From assembly GCA_963788195.1 (NCBI GenBank), contig CAWBGA010000008.1, forward strand, positions 1 to 64,000: DNA of 64,000 nucleotides, read 5' to 3'. Below the pieces are notes generated by a model that was not told the origin of the DNA, searched no databases, and was given only the letters and a program-made list of their open reading frames with translations. The DNA comes from Nitrospirota bacterium (lineage in GTDB: Bacteria; Nitrospirota; Nitrospiria; Nitrospirales; NS-4). A program made the translations under genes and the position numbers. Position 1 is the stretch's first letter; each line of letters begins with the position of its first letter. This document shows, in pieces, positions 51,201 to 59,929 of the stretch.

Positions 51201-51727
51201 TCTATGTGGACGCCAACCCCGCCGACCGGCCGTATCGCGGATGGAAGCCGAGCGATCCGTTCTACAAGGTGAGCCGGCTGATGATCCGAGCCAAGTACAA
51301 TCCGTCCTTCCCGTATACCGTGACGATGATGAAGCACGCGCCGTACGTGGCGACGCCGAAGTCGGTGAAGGGGCATGAGACCCGGCCGGACGGGCGGGCG
51401 ATCGCGGCGGATACGGGCTATCAGAGCAACTTCCGCTATGGGGCGCAACAGTCGATCACGCGGTCCTGGCTGATGCCCATGCACCAGTTGGACTCGCTGC
51501 CGACGAAGAAGAAGCACGTCCATGCGCTCAAGTTCGGGTTTGAACCGGACAACCACGCAGTCAACACGACACCGAAGTCGACGCTCGTCCGGATCCAGAA
51601 AGCGGAGGACGGCGGCATCGGAGCGCGGGGGCCATGGGAGCCGGTACGGACCGGGTTCACGCCGGCGCAGGAGAACGAATGGATGATTAAGTGGCTCAAG
51701 GGCGAGAGCATTAAGATCAAGGTCTAA
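48290..51727 (+). CDS. nxrA: Nitrite oxidoreductase alpha subunit, periplasmic Nitrospira type
   Basis: Tat motif TRRQFLK; FS0 motif CTPNDTHAC...RMC; TWHGDQ Mo-ligand motif; 1145 aa; AGGAGG RBS. Confidence 0.96.
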   Translation: MFFTRRQFLKTSAGTIAAVAIADQVLALTALQPVIEVGNPLGEYPDRSWERVYHDQYRYDSSFTYICTPNDTHACRVRAFVRNGVVMRVEQNYDHQSYEDLYGNRGTFAWNPRMCLKGYTFHRRVYGPYRLKGPMLRKAWKQWVDDGCPELSPEVKTKYKFTSRGEDDMLRVSWDTAFTYLAKAQVKIAERYSGESGARRLREQGYPPEMIEAMKGGGVRTFKYRPGMALLGLIGKIGIGRMDSANLALLDSWIRKVGNDKAVGGRTWSSYTWHGDQNPAHPFWCAVQTSDIDLVDMRFSKLHTSWGKNFVEHKMPEAHWMIECMERGGRLVSIAPEYNPPASKADYWMPVRPGGDGALFLGTLKILMDENLYDTDFCKQYTDMPILVRTDTLTYLDPRDVIKDYKLADLSKAYTAKVQAIKDDYRDRLGDFMVWDSGKNQAIPMHREQVGYHMLSAGIDPALEGTYRVKLLDGKDVDVMPVFQMYKIHVQDFDLDTTAQITNTPKDLIVRWARDSGTIKPHAIHNGEGVAHWFHCTANGRGAAMVVIITGNVGKFGAGQYTWAGNFKTGIPHGTPWSGVGIGAWGAEDSWNLNLNANAHGKEVVTKYYAYGEEPAYWNHGDRALIVNTPKYGRKVFTGKTHMPTPTKVQWTVNVNILNNAKYHYDMVKNVDPSCECIVVQDLEMTSGVNYADVAFAINSWMEFTYPEITATCSNPWWQMWKGGIKPLYDTRNDLDCYVGVAQKWTEMSGDKRFVDTWKFVIENKVDVYIQRVQDASSTLYGYNAKTILQSEKGWFVMVRTYPRMPFWEHVNEAKPMWTRTGRFENYRVEPECIEYGENFIVHREDPEGTPYLPNVIISTNPHVRPDDYGIPITAMHHDDRHVRNTKLPWTEGRKHVNPLWEKGYQFYCVTPKTRHRVHSQWSVNDWIQMFESNFGDPYRMDKRTPGVGEHQMHVNPMAAKDRGINDGDYIYVDANPADRPYRGWKPSDPFYKVSRLMIRAKYNPSFPYTVTMMKHAPYVATPKSVKGHETRPDGRAIAADTGYQSNFRYGAQQSITRSWLMPMHQLDSLPTKKKHVHALKFGFEPDNHAVNTTPKSTLVRIQKAEDGGIGARGPWEPVRTGFTPAQENEWMIKWLKGESIKIKV

Positions 51728-51736
51728 GTCGGAACC

Positions 51737-51767
51737 AGGGACAGGCGGCGAACACGCGCCTGTCCCT
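51737..51767 (+). other. Intergenic stem-loop between nxrA and nxrB
   Basis: AGGGACAGGCG-N9-CGCCTGTCCCT, 11-bp perfect stem without a long U tract. Confidence 0.6.
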
Positions 51768-51784
51768 CTTGAACGGAGGAACCC

Positions 51785-53074
51785 ATGCCGGAAGTCTATA
51801 ACTGGCAGTTAGGCCGCAAGATGCTCTATCCCTATGAGGAGCGGCATCCGAAGTGGCAGTTTTCGTTTGCGTTCAACATCAATCGGTGTATTGCGTGTCA
51901 GACCTGTTCGATGGCGGACAAGTCGACGTGGCTGTTCTCGAAAGGACAGGAGTACATGTGGTGGAACAATGTGGAGACCAAGCCGTACGGCGGGTACCCC
52001 CAGTTCTACGACGTGAAGGTGGCCCAATTGGTGGAGCAGGTGAACCCGGGCGGGCAGGTGTGGAACACGCGGGTGGGGCGCAAGCACCATGCGCCCTACG
52101 GGGTGTTCGAGGGGTTCACGATCTTTGATGCGGGCGCCAAGATTGGGCAGGCGGCGATCGGGTATATCCCGACGGACCAGGAATGGCGCTTTGTGAACAT
52201 CTACGAGGACACGGCGACGTCGATGCGGGCCCTGGTGGATGGGAACGACAAGTCGGGGTTTTCGGCGGCGGAGCCCTGGAAGAGCCAAGGGGCGAGCCTG
52301 CCGGAGCACGAGACGTTCTTCTTCTATCTGCAGCGGATCTGCAATCACTGCACGTATCCGGGGTGTCTGGCGGCGTGTCCGCGCAAGGCGATCTACAAGC
52401 GCCCGGAGGACGGGATTGTGCTGATCGACCAGAACCGGTGCCGGGGCTATAAGAAGTGCGTGGAGCAGTGTCCGTACAAGAAGCCGATGTACCGGGGGAC
52501 GACGCGGGTCAGTGAGAAGTGTATTGCGTGCTATCCGCGGGTGGAGGGCAAGGATCCGCTGACGGGCGGGGAGCCGATGGAGACGCGGTGCATGGCGGCG
52601 TGCGTGGGCAAGATCCGCATGCAGGGGCTCAACAAGATCGGGGATGATGGGTTGTGGGCGGAGGATCGGTGGCATCCCTTGTACTACGCGATTCGCGTGG
52701 AGCAGGTGGCGTTGCCGCTGTATCCGCAGTGGGGGACGGAGCCCAACGGGTTCTATTTCCCGCCGCGCCATGCCCCGCGGGGCTACATCCGGCAGATGTT
52801 TGGGCCGGGGGTGGACAACGCGATCGACCGGTACATTGTGCCGAGCCGCGAGCTGTTGGCGGTGCTGCAGCTGTGGCGGGCGAGCCAGCAGATCTTGTTC
52901 CGGTACGACGTGATTCCGGGGCCGAAGGTGTTTGAGACCCAGATTCACGGGCGCAAGTTTGAGATGTACAACGACACGGTGCTCGGGTTCAACAAGTCGG
53001 GCAAGGAGATCGTGCGCATCCAGGTGGAAGAGCCGATCTACATCCGCCCGGCCGAGCGCGTGACCTGGCTGTAA
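51785..53074 (+). CDS. nxrB: Nitrite oxidoreductase beta subunit
   Basis: MPEVYNWQLGR start; CIACQTCSMAD, CNHCTYPGCLAACP, CRGYKKCVEQCP, CIAC...CMAACVG Fe-S motifs; 429 aa. Confidence 0.97.
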   Translation: MPEVYNWQLGRKMLYPYEERHPKWQFSFAFNINRCIACQTCSMADKSTWLFSKGQEYMWWNNVETKPYGGYPQFYDVKVAQLVEQVNPGGQVWNTRVGRKHHAPYGVFEGFTIFDAGAKIGQAAIGYIPTDQEWRFVNIYEDTATSMRALVDGNDKSGFSAAEPWKSQGASLPEHETFFFYLQRICNHCTYPGCLAACPRKAIYKRPEDGIVLIDQNRCRGYKKCVEQCPYKKPMYRGTTRVSEKCIACYPRVEGKDPLTGGEPMETRCMAACVGKIRMQGLNKIGDDGLWAEDRWHPLYYAIRVEQVALPLYPQWGTEPNGFYFPPRHAPRGYIRQMFGPGVDNAIDRYIVPSRELLAVLQLWRASQQILFRYDVIPGPKVFETQIHGRKFEMYNDTVLGFNKSGKEIVRIQVEEPIYIRPAERVTWL

Positions 53075-53082
53075 GCGCAGGG

Positions 53083-53127
53083 GGGACGGTCCCTCTTTTT
53101 CGTCCAAGAAAAAGGGGACTGTCCCTT
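53083..53127 (+). terminator. Hairpin after nxrB (terminator or REP-like palindrome)
   Basis: GGGACGGTCCCTCTTTTTC-GTCCAA-GAAAAAGGGGACTGTCCC. Confidence 0.55.
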
Positions 53128-53353
53128 ATATAGCCAGACTGACGGATCACAGGAGGGCGAGGTTCCGTAGAGGGATCTCGCCCTTCGTGCTGATTGACGG
53201 GTCATCCACATGATGTGCGTTTCTGAGTTCGCCCTAAACCGGCTACCAGCACTGTCATGTTCTCCCCGTGATATTTCCAGACGGACGGACGGCGCTCTAT
53301 TGGTTCTTGTGTAGGTCCCGCAGAATCCCAAACCTAGCCGGACAGGTAGAACC

Positions 53354-54241
53354 GTGATGCGATATCAGCTTCACACCATGCAAGGCTTGCTTCTGCTTGT
53401 CGCAGTGCTCGTCAGTGAAGCATCGGTGTTCGGAGCGCAGCAGGCCTTCAGGGATGAGCTCGGCCGGCTTATCTATACATTAGATGACGAGGGCACCGTC
53501 ACGATGTACGAGAAAGGCCCCGCGGATCAGACGATTTCCATGTCAACGGGAACGCGGGAGCAAATGCAGCCTCAAGTGACGGACGTTTCGCCGGACAAAG
53601 TAACGCCAGGAACCTTTACGATTCTCAAGATCAGCGGAAAGAATCTCGTGGGTGCGAAAGCAAAGTTCAGCGTTCCGGACATAGAAGTCAACCCTCACAG
53701 CGGCAAGCCCGATAGTATCGATCTTCCCATCCGAATCCCTGCGACCGTCCCTGCTGGCGAGGTCATGGTTGAATTGACAACTCCCATAGGCACAACAAAG
53801 ACCAACATCAAGATCTCGGATTTGCAATTCGGCGGCTTCGGCTCTGCAAGACACGAGAAGCAGACCTTTACCACCTCTGCGCCCTCCTCCTGTCCTCAGG
53901 GGATGATCGGCGTTGCCTATGAACTGGGTGGCTTCTGTATTGAGATGGACCGCAGCTTCACAGGAGATTACCGGAAAGCCGAAAAGGCCTGCGGGGCTGA
54001 GGGACGACGGTTGTGTCAGGCTTCGGAATGGCAGTTGGCCTGCGAGCAAGGCATGGCAGGCAAGCTTCCCGTGAAGAATATGACCGGCCAGGGGGAATGG
54101 ACCGGCTCATGGGAGTCGACTGATTCTCCGGTGGGAGAGTCGCTCCTCCATTCCGTTGTATTAGGTAGAGACGACTGTAGCACGAAACTCACCATACCCT
54201 CCGGAAAACCAGGATCCTTTGCCGGGCGCTGCTGCAAGTAG
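53354..54241 (+). CDS. Secreted protein with IPT/TIG-like domain and Cys-rich C-terminal (C-type-lectin/FGE-like) domain
   Basis: Signal peptide; PQVTDVSP...ISGKNL; CPQGM...FCIE...AC...RRLC..EW..AC...GEW...CC. Confidence 0.7.
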   Translation: MMRYQLHTMQGLLLLVAVLVSEASVFGAQQAFRDELGRLIYTLDDEGTVTMYEKGPADQTISMSTGTREQMQPQVTDVSPDKVTPGTFTILKISGKNLVGAKAKFSVPDIEVNPHSGKPDSIDLPIRIPATVPAGEVMVELTTPIGTTKTNIKISDLQFGGFGSARHEKQTFTTSAPSSCPQGMIGVAYELGGFCIEMDRSFTGDYRKAEKACGAEGRRLCQASEWQLACEQGMAGKLPVKNMTGQGEWTGSWESTDSPVGESLLHSVVLGRDDCSTKLTIPSGKPGSFAGRCCK

Positions 54242-54356
54242 CCCCCGGTCTTGACTCAACTCAAAGTTCCTTCTCTCTGCTCTTCGTGATAGATTTATGA
54301 TAAGCCGACCTTCCGCTGAACAAGTGTACCGAGGACCGACCACAGGAGGAATTCTA

Positions 54357-54875
54357 ATGAGCATGCGGACAGTAATCCTCGCAGGGCTCGTGGTTGCATC
54401 GCTTCTGGCGGGAAATCTCTTCGTTGAGGCCGCGCCGGCGAAGAAATTCAGGGTGCAAGTGAATATCAACGGCCAGGAAGACGTGAAGGGAAGTCTTGCA
54501 AAGCTCGTGCAAGAAGAGTTCGCCCCAATTACGGATGTGGAGCTGGTGACGGAGAAGCCGGAGTTCTCGCTCGAACTCATCGGTGTGGCCCCCCGCAATG
54601 AGAAGAAGGAGCCCGTAGTGTTTCTCGTATCGATTCTCGGCTTGCAGCACTTTTCCAAGGAGTACTGGAACAGCGTATACACGACCGTGTCGGAAGGCGT
54701 TCCGCAACGCCAGTCTGCGCAGATTGAAAAAGCCAAGCAGTCTCTCCTGACCGCCACGAAAGATCTGGTTCGCAGGCAGTCCTACTATGTCGAGGGGGGC
54801 AATGACTTGCGCGAGATCGCCAAAAAAATTGTTGCCGCCTTCCGTGATCAACTCGACCCTCATCGAAAGAAATAG
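54357..54875 (+). CDS. Secreted hypothetical protein
   Basis: AGGAGG RBS; signal peptide ending VEA. Confidence 0.75.
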   Translation: MSMRTVILAGLVVASLLAGNLFVEAAPAKKFRVQVNINGQEDVKGSLAKLVQEEFAPITDVELVTEKPEFSLELIGVAPRNEKKEPVVFLVSILGLQHFSKEYWNSVYTTVSEGVPQRQSAQIEKAKQSLLTATKDLVRRQSYYVEGGNDLREIAKKIVAAFRDQLDPHRKK

Positions 54876-54882
54876 CTCTGGC

Positions 54883-55674
54883 ATGCGATTCTTAGCCCCT
54901 TTGCTTTGCATGGGTGTACTTATCGGCACCCTCGCCCTGGCCGACCCATACGGCCCTCCGCATGCGGTGACCGACATGGCGCCGTACTGCGCAAGCTGTC
55001 ACGCCTCTACGAGCCTGGCGCAATTGTCGGACCTGCGTCCCGAGGCTGCTGTGTTGGAAACTATCGAAGAAAAACATTTGAAGCACATTAAAAACGGAGC
55101 CGCCTATAAAGACTTGACTCGGACTGAGGCAGAAACCCTTCTTAAGGCAGTCCAGTGGACCGACGAAAATGCCACGGTGACCATTCATGTCACCAACCTG
55201 GCTAAGCGCAATAGCCGCGTTGAAGTGACCGTCACCACCAGGGGAGGCTCAGGCCCAGTGATCGGCGTATCATTGGTGGATAGTATTTTGCGGTTCCAAG
55301 CCCGCCCGATCGGCTCGAGCGGCTTCGTAGTCCTTGGCCCTCCCCTGGTCGTCGGCCCCGATCGCAAGACGCAATCGGCCTGGATTGATCGTAGGGCGAG
55401 GGGTTCTGACTTGGGTCTGAGTACAATCATGATCACAGGAGTCAAGGGCGATGCCGTTACCCAACAAGTCAGTGAGACTCGCACGACTTGGACCCTTCGG
55501 GCACCGCCCGAGCCCGGGACATACGCCATCGCCGCCGCATTTTATTATGGAACGGAAAAATCGCATCCGTTGGGTACTGTGATGCAAGACGGCCGCGTCA
55601 TACCCAGAGGCGGCGTGAGCGGAGCAAGCGGCAGAGTCATGTTTTCTCAACTTGTAAAAATCAGTATCAACTAA
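54883..55674 (+). CDS. Exported monoheme cytochrome c with beta-rich C-terminal domain
   Basis: Signal peptide ending ALA; YCASCH heme motif; WTLRAP..PGTY Ig/reeler-like segment. Confidence 0.7.
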   Translation: MRFLAPLLCMGVLIGTLALADPYGPPHAVTDMAPYCASCHASTSLAQLSDLRPEAAVLETIEEKHLKHIKNGAAYKDLTRTEAETLLKAVQWTDENATVTIHVTNLAKRNSRVEVTVTTRGGSGPVIGVSLVDSILRFQARPIGSSGFVVLGPPLVVGPDRKTQSAWIDRRARGSDLGLSTIMITGVKGDAVTQQVSETRTTWTLRAPPEPGTYAIAAAFYYGTEKSHPLGTVMQDGRVIPRGGVSGASGRVMFSQLVKISIN

Positions 55675-55725
55675 TACGACTTCTCGCTCCTATGAGGATC
55701 GCAAACGGGTTTGCTTGGCACCTCT

Positions 55726-55751
55726 CCGTTCGCCTGAGCTTGTCGAAGGGC
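55726..55751 (+). repeat. Single REP-like arm
   Basis: CCGTTCGCCTGAGCTTGTCGAAGGGC, matches the 35506 arm. Confidence 0.65.
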
Positions 55752-55791
55752 TCTTAATAGGGTCACCACGAGCGATTGACTGATAAACGCC

Positions 55792-56475
55792 ATGGCGTTA
55801 TCGTCCGACATGCTACCGTATCGAAAACCTGAGCTCGGCAAAGATTATTGGGTCAAGGACAATATTCTGCCCAATGCCTTGGAGATCGCCGAGCGGTGCT
55901 TCAACAAGTCCTCTTGGACGTTGGGCGCTCCTCTTCGGCATGAAGCATGGCCCGGGATGCGCGCTCCAGGCGCGCTCTTGCCCCACGAACTGGCTTCGAT
56001 CGAAGCGTGGGTCACGGCCCAAATCGGAGTGCGAGCCCTACGTTCCCAGCAGGACCCTGTTGAAGGCGTATCGGGGCACAATCACGTCCAAATCGTGGCG
56101 GGCGGTGACGCCGTGGCTCGTCCTCACGTGGATTCCAGCCAACTTTGTGATTACGCGGGGGTACTCTATCTGCATCCATATCCCCCGACCAAACACGCCG
56201 GCACCTCCTTCTTTCGTCTGAAACTTTCTGACGGTAGCCTCGGAGGCAACATCTGTCCGCCGCCGTATCATAGCCTCATCCAAGTCCCGGGCTTAGAGAA
56301 GGGCTCTGACTTGACCATGTGGGAAGAGGACGTCGAGGTGCCGTACGTCTTCAATCGCCTGCTGATCTACAAGTCAGACATCGTTCACTCTGCCACATCG
56401 TACTTCGGCTGGCATCATGAGCTGGGGTCACAGCGGATTGCTGTGGTGTTCTTCTGGAAGACGGTGCCGAGGTGA
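55792..56475 (+). CDS. DUF6445 / 2OG-Fe(II) oxygenase-like protein
   Basis: WPGMR, PHVD, AGVLYL, GTSFF, FNRLLIY....H, RIAVVFF. Confidence 0.75.
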   Translation: MALSSDMLPYRKPELGKDYWVKDNILPNALEIAERCFNKSSWTLGAPLRHEAWPGMRAPGALLPHELASIEAWVTAQIGVRALRSQQDPVEGVSGHNHVQIVAGGDAVARPHVDSSQLCDYAGVLYLHPYPPTKHAGTSFFRLKLSDGSLGGNICPPPYHSLIQVPGLEKGSDLTMWEEDVEVPYVFNRLLIYKSDIVHSATSYFGWHHELGSQRIAVVFFWKTVPR

Positions 56476-57522
56476 TTGATCTCCGCAGCGATACCGTCAC
56501 CAAGCCTTCTGCCGGGATGCGCGAGGCGATAGCGCGAGCGGAAGTCGGCGATGACGTCTTCGGTGAAGACCCCACAGTGAATCGATTGCAGGAAATGGCG
56601 GCGGGTTTATTGGGCAAAGAAGCGGCGCTGTTCGTGCCGTCCGGCACGATGGCAAACCAGCTTGCAGTACGTCTGCACATCAAACCCCGGCGATGAGATG
56701 ATCGTGGAGGCCGGATCGCACGTGGTCCGCTACGAGAGCGGAGCCGCTGCGGGTTTGTCGGGCGTTCAGACCTGCTGGCTACCCGGCAACCGGGGCATTC
56801 TTGAAGCCGAACAGATCGAGGCCGCGATCCGGCCCTGCGATTACCATAATCCGCCCACTACCCTGATCTGCCTGGAGAATACGCACAATCGCGGTGGAGG
56901 CTCGATTTACCCGCTCGCTACGATCGCGGCGATTCGGAAAATCGCCGACGCCCGTGGGATCGCTATGCATTTAGATGGCGCCCGTCTGTTTAACGCCGTC
57001 GTCGCGACCGGCATTCCGGCCGCCGAATATGCCCGGTCCTTTGAGACCGTCTCCTTCTGTTTATCGAAAGGGCTTGGCGCACCGGTAGGCTCGTTGATCT
57101 GCTCTGACGCCAGCCGCATCGGTAAACTCCGCCGGTTGCGAAAAATGTTTGGCGGCGGCATGCGCCAAGTGGGAATTATCGCGGCGGCGGGCCTCTACGC
57201 GCTCGAACACAATATCCAGCGGCTCGCGGAGGACCATCGTCATGCGAAACAACTCGCCGATGCGCTCGTCGGACTGCCGGGCGTGCGGATCACACCCGAG
57301 CATGTCGAGACCAACATCGTGGTGTTCGATATCAGTGAGACCTGGGGCACGGCTGAGGATGTGCTGGGCAGACTGAAGGCTGAAGGCCTCTTACTCGTAT
57401 CCTTTGGCCCCACGACCCTTCGCGCGGTGACGCACCTGGACGTTCCAACCAGTCAGATTGAGCAAGCCTGCGCCATCCTGAAGAAGGTCTTCACGCTCAT
57501 CTTTAACCGCTCATCTCTCTGA
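56472..57522 (+). CDS. ltaE: Low-specificity L-threonine aldolase, frameshifted at ~56685
   Basis: [36 protein letters not shown]; one extra C in AAACCCCGGC. Confidence 0.92.
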
Positions 57523-59929
57523 GGTTGTGAGCCGACACCGGCCGGTGAAAACCCTTGAGGTTTAGATCGCCAAGTGGTTCGGTACGGACGAGAGCTTCGA
57601 CGAGTTGCAACAGACGACCGGACACAAGAATTTGGCCGTCCTTCGCCTCACTACAAAGCCGGGCTGCAAGGTTGGTGACGGGCCCGATCGCAGCATAGTC
57701 CTTCCGTTCTTCGAATCCGATGACTCCTAATGTGGCATACCCCGTTGCGCCGCCAAGTCCTACGCCGAGATCGATCCCCCTCTTCCGCCATTGTACTTGC
57801 AATTCCGCAATACGATTTCGGATCGCGATTGCCATCCTTACTGCTTGTTCGGCATGGTTCGGAACTGGGACGGGGTCATTGAAAAATACCATTATGGCAT
57901 CGCCTGAGAACCTCTCCAATGTCCCGTTGTACTGGGCGATCAACGGTCCGATTTCAGTTTGGTATTGCCGAAGCACTGTCATCAGGTCTTCCGGGTCTGC
58001 TGTATCAGAAAAAGCCGTGAATCCCCGAAGATCTACGAAAATCACTGTGATTTCTGTTCGATGACCACTTAGAAAATCTTCACGTTCTCCTGAAATGATC
58101 ATGTCAGCGAGATGGCGCGGCAGGAATCTCGCCATCTTGTCCTTCTGCAGCTCAGTAAGCTGCCGTTCCTGGGCGCGTACCCGGATAAGGCTCTTGACAC
58201 GCGCCAGCAGCTCATTCTCATCGAACGGCTTCGCCAGATAATCATCGGCTCCGGCGTCAAGACTTTCGACCCGTGCCTCCGTACCTGCCCGGGCAGTGAT
58301 GAAAATCAACGGCGTCGAACGAAGGTCCTTCTCCTCGCGAACCGCCTTCAGCAGATCGGGACCGCTCATCCGAGGCATCATGACATCGGTAAGGATCAAC
58401 TCCGGACGTAACGTTTTTGCCTGATCGAGCGCTTCCACTCCGTCCTTGGCCAGTACTACCCGATAATCTATACTCAGCACGCGTTCCAAATAGCGGCGCA
58501 TGTCGGCATTATCGTCGGCAACGAGTACCAACGGACGGGTATCGGACGGTGAGGGTGTCAAGACCGTGCGTGACTCTTTTGCGCTCTCGGGGAAGACTGG
58601 AATCAACATGTCGTCCTGTTCAACCTCAGCAAGATTACCAGGCGTTATGGAGCCCCGGGGCAGCGTGACGGTAAAGATTGTGCCCTGGCCGACCTCGCTC
58701 TCGACCGTCACGGTCCCGCCGTGAAGCATGACAATTTCCTTTACCAGGGCTAACCCTATTCCACTACCCTCATACCTCCGGGTGGCGCTTCCTTCGACCT
58801 GCGTGAAGCGGTCGAAAATCCGGTCCAACTGATCGCGGGGTATACCTATCCCATTGTCTTCAATCTCAAGTTCCACTGAGTCCGGCTTAGCGTTCAGCCT
58901 TATCCAGACCTGGCAGAGATCGGGATCGCTGAATTTGAACGCGTTGGAGAGAAGGTTGTACAGGACTTTCTTCATCTGGACAGGGTCGACTTCAATCCCA
59001 ATCGGCTCGGTCATTCCTTTCAGATGGACCCGGCTTTTTTGACTTGACTCGAAATTCGCAGCAACACTTCGGACAAGGACGGCAAAGTCTATACAACGTT
59101 TGCTTAATTGGCGTCGGCCGCTGTCATATTTCGCAAGGTCCAACAGTTCATTAATGAGAATCAGCACACGCGAGGTGTTTCGTAAACCCGTCTGAATTGA
59201 GTCCCGGCACGCAGGCTCCGGAGCCACTTTCAGAAGCGATTTAAACGCTCCCAGGGTCAAGGTCAGAGGGGTCCGAAGCTCGTGACTTACATTAGCAAAG
59301 AACTCCCCCTTCAATCGGTCCAGCTCGAGGAGTTTGCTATTAGAGGTCTCCAGCTCTTGACGCGCTGCGCGCTCTGACACTCGCGCATCAAACTCAGCGC
59401 GTTGTAATCGCTCATAGAGGTAGACCGAGAAGAGCAGGGCAACGGACGTCCAGATTAGAAAGAAGGAATTTTCTATTGCTGCGTTCAGATCAGCAGGCGT
59501 GGTGGGTCTTATAAAGTTGACGCCATAGTAGCAAGCAAGCGTCACGCCTTGGGCGACCATATGGCTTCTCCAGGAGACGGGGACAATCACCGCAGCTGCG
59601 AGAAACACCAGATTTAGGCCGTTGTAGTACTGGGACGTGAATCCACCCAACAAGACGGTCATCTGGACAATGCAAAGGTTGCCGATGAGGATCCATGCCA
59701 CCAACAACGCCTTGGGAGAAAGCCATTGACGCTTGAGGCACAAAAAACCGATCGCGAGCCCAAGTTCCAGCACCATTCGGATGATGAGAAGCTCTTGAAA
59801 ATGCGTGCGATACAGAAGAGCGTCTGCTGCGAGGAAAACCGGATTCGCGATAAGTCCCAGATAGTACAAAACGTGGAGACGGTCTCTGGCAAACCCCTTC
59901 ACGAAGCCTTCGTACGTCTGGTGGCTCAT
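57503..59929 (-). CDS. Membrane hybrid histidine kinase - receiver - class III nucleotide cyclase
   Basis: N-terminal TM helices; SHELRTPL; NLLSNAFKF; GSGIGLA; REC LTDVMMP; FVDLRGFT, GDAIM, NLAARL. Confidence 0.9.
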   Translation of the reverse strand: MSHQTYEGFVKGFARDRLHVLYYLGLIANPVFLAADALLYRTHFQELLIIRMVLELGLAIGFLCLKRQWLSPKALLVAWILIGNLCIVQMTVLLGGFTSQYYNGLNLVFLAAAVIVPVSWRSHMVAQGVTLACYYGVNFIRPTTPADLNAAIENSFFLIWTSVALLFSVYLYERLQRAEFDARVSERAARQELETSNSKLLELDRLKGEFFANVSHELRTPLTLTLGAFKSLLKVAPEPACRDSIQTGLRNTSRVLILINELLDLAKYDSGRRQLSKRCIDFAVLVRSVAANFESSQKSRVHLKGMTEPIGIEVDPVQMKKVLYNLLSNAFKFSDPDLCQVWIRLNAKPDSVELEIEDNGIGIPRDQLDRIFDRFTQVEGSATRRYEGSGIGLALVKEIVMLHGGTVTVESEVGQGTIFTVTLPRGSITPGNLAEVEQDDMLIPVFPESAKESRTVLTPSPSDTRPLVLVADDNADMRRYLERVLSIDYRVVLAKDGVEALDQAKTLRPELILTDVMMPRMSGPDLLKAVREEKDLRSTPLIFITARAGTEARVESLDAGADDYLAKPFDENELLARVKSLIRVRAQERQLTELQKDKMARFLPRHLADMIISGEREDFLSGHRTEITVIFVDLRGFTAFSDTADPEDLMTVLRQYQTEIGPLIAQYNGTLERFSGDAIMVFFNDPVPVPNHAEQAVRMAIAIRNRIAELQVQWRKRGIDLGVGLGGATGYATLGVIGFEERKDYAAIGPVTNLAARLCSEAKDGQILVSGRLLQLVEALVRTEPLGDLNLKGFHRPVSAHNLREMSG

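Noticed and set aside
51809..53107. 432-aa antisense ORF over nxrB, and similar antisense ORFs over nxrA and other genes
   Set aside because: Shadow ORFs caused by high GC3 codon bias; no RBS or recognisable motifs
53354..54241. Diversity-generating retroelement target (lectin-like C-terminus)
   Set aside because: No template repeat or reverse transcriptase seen in the window
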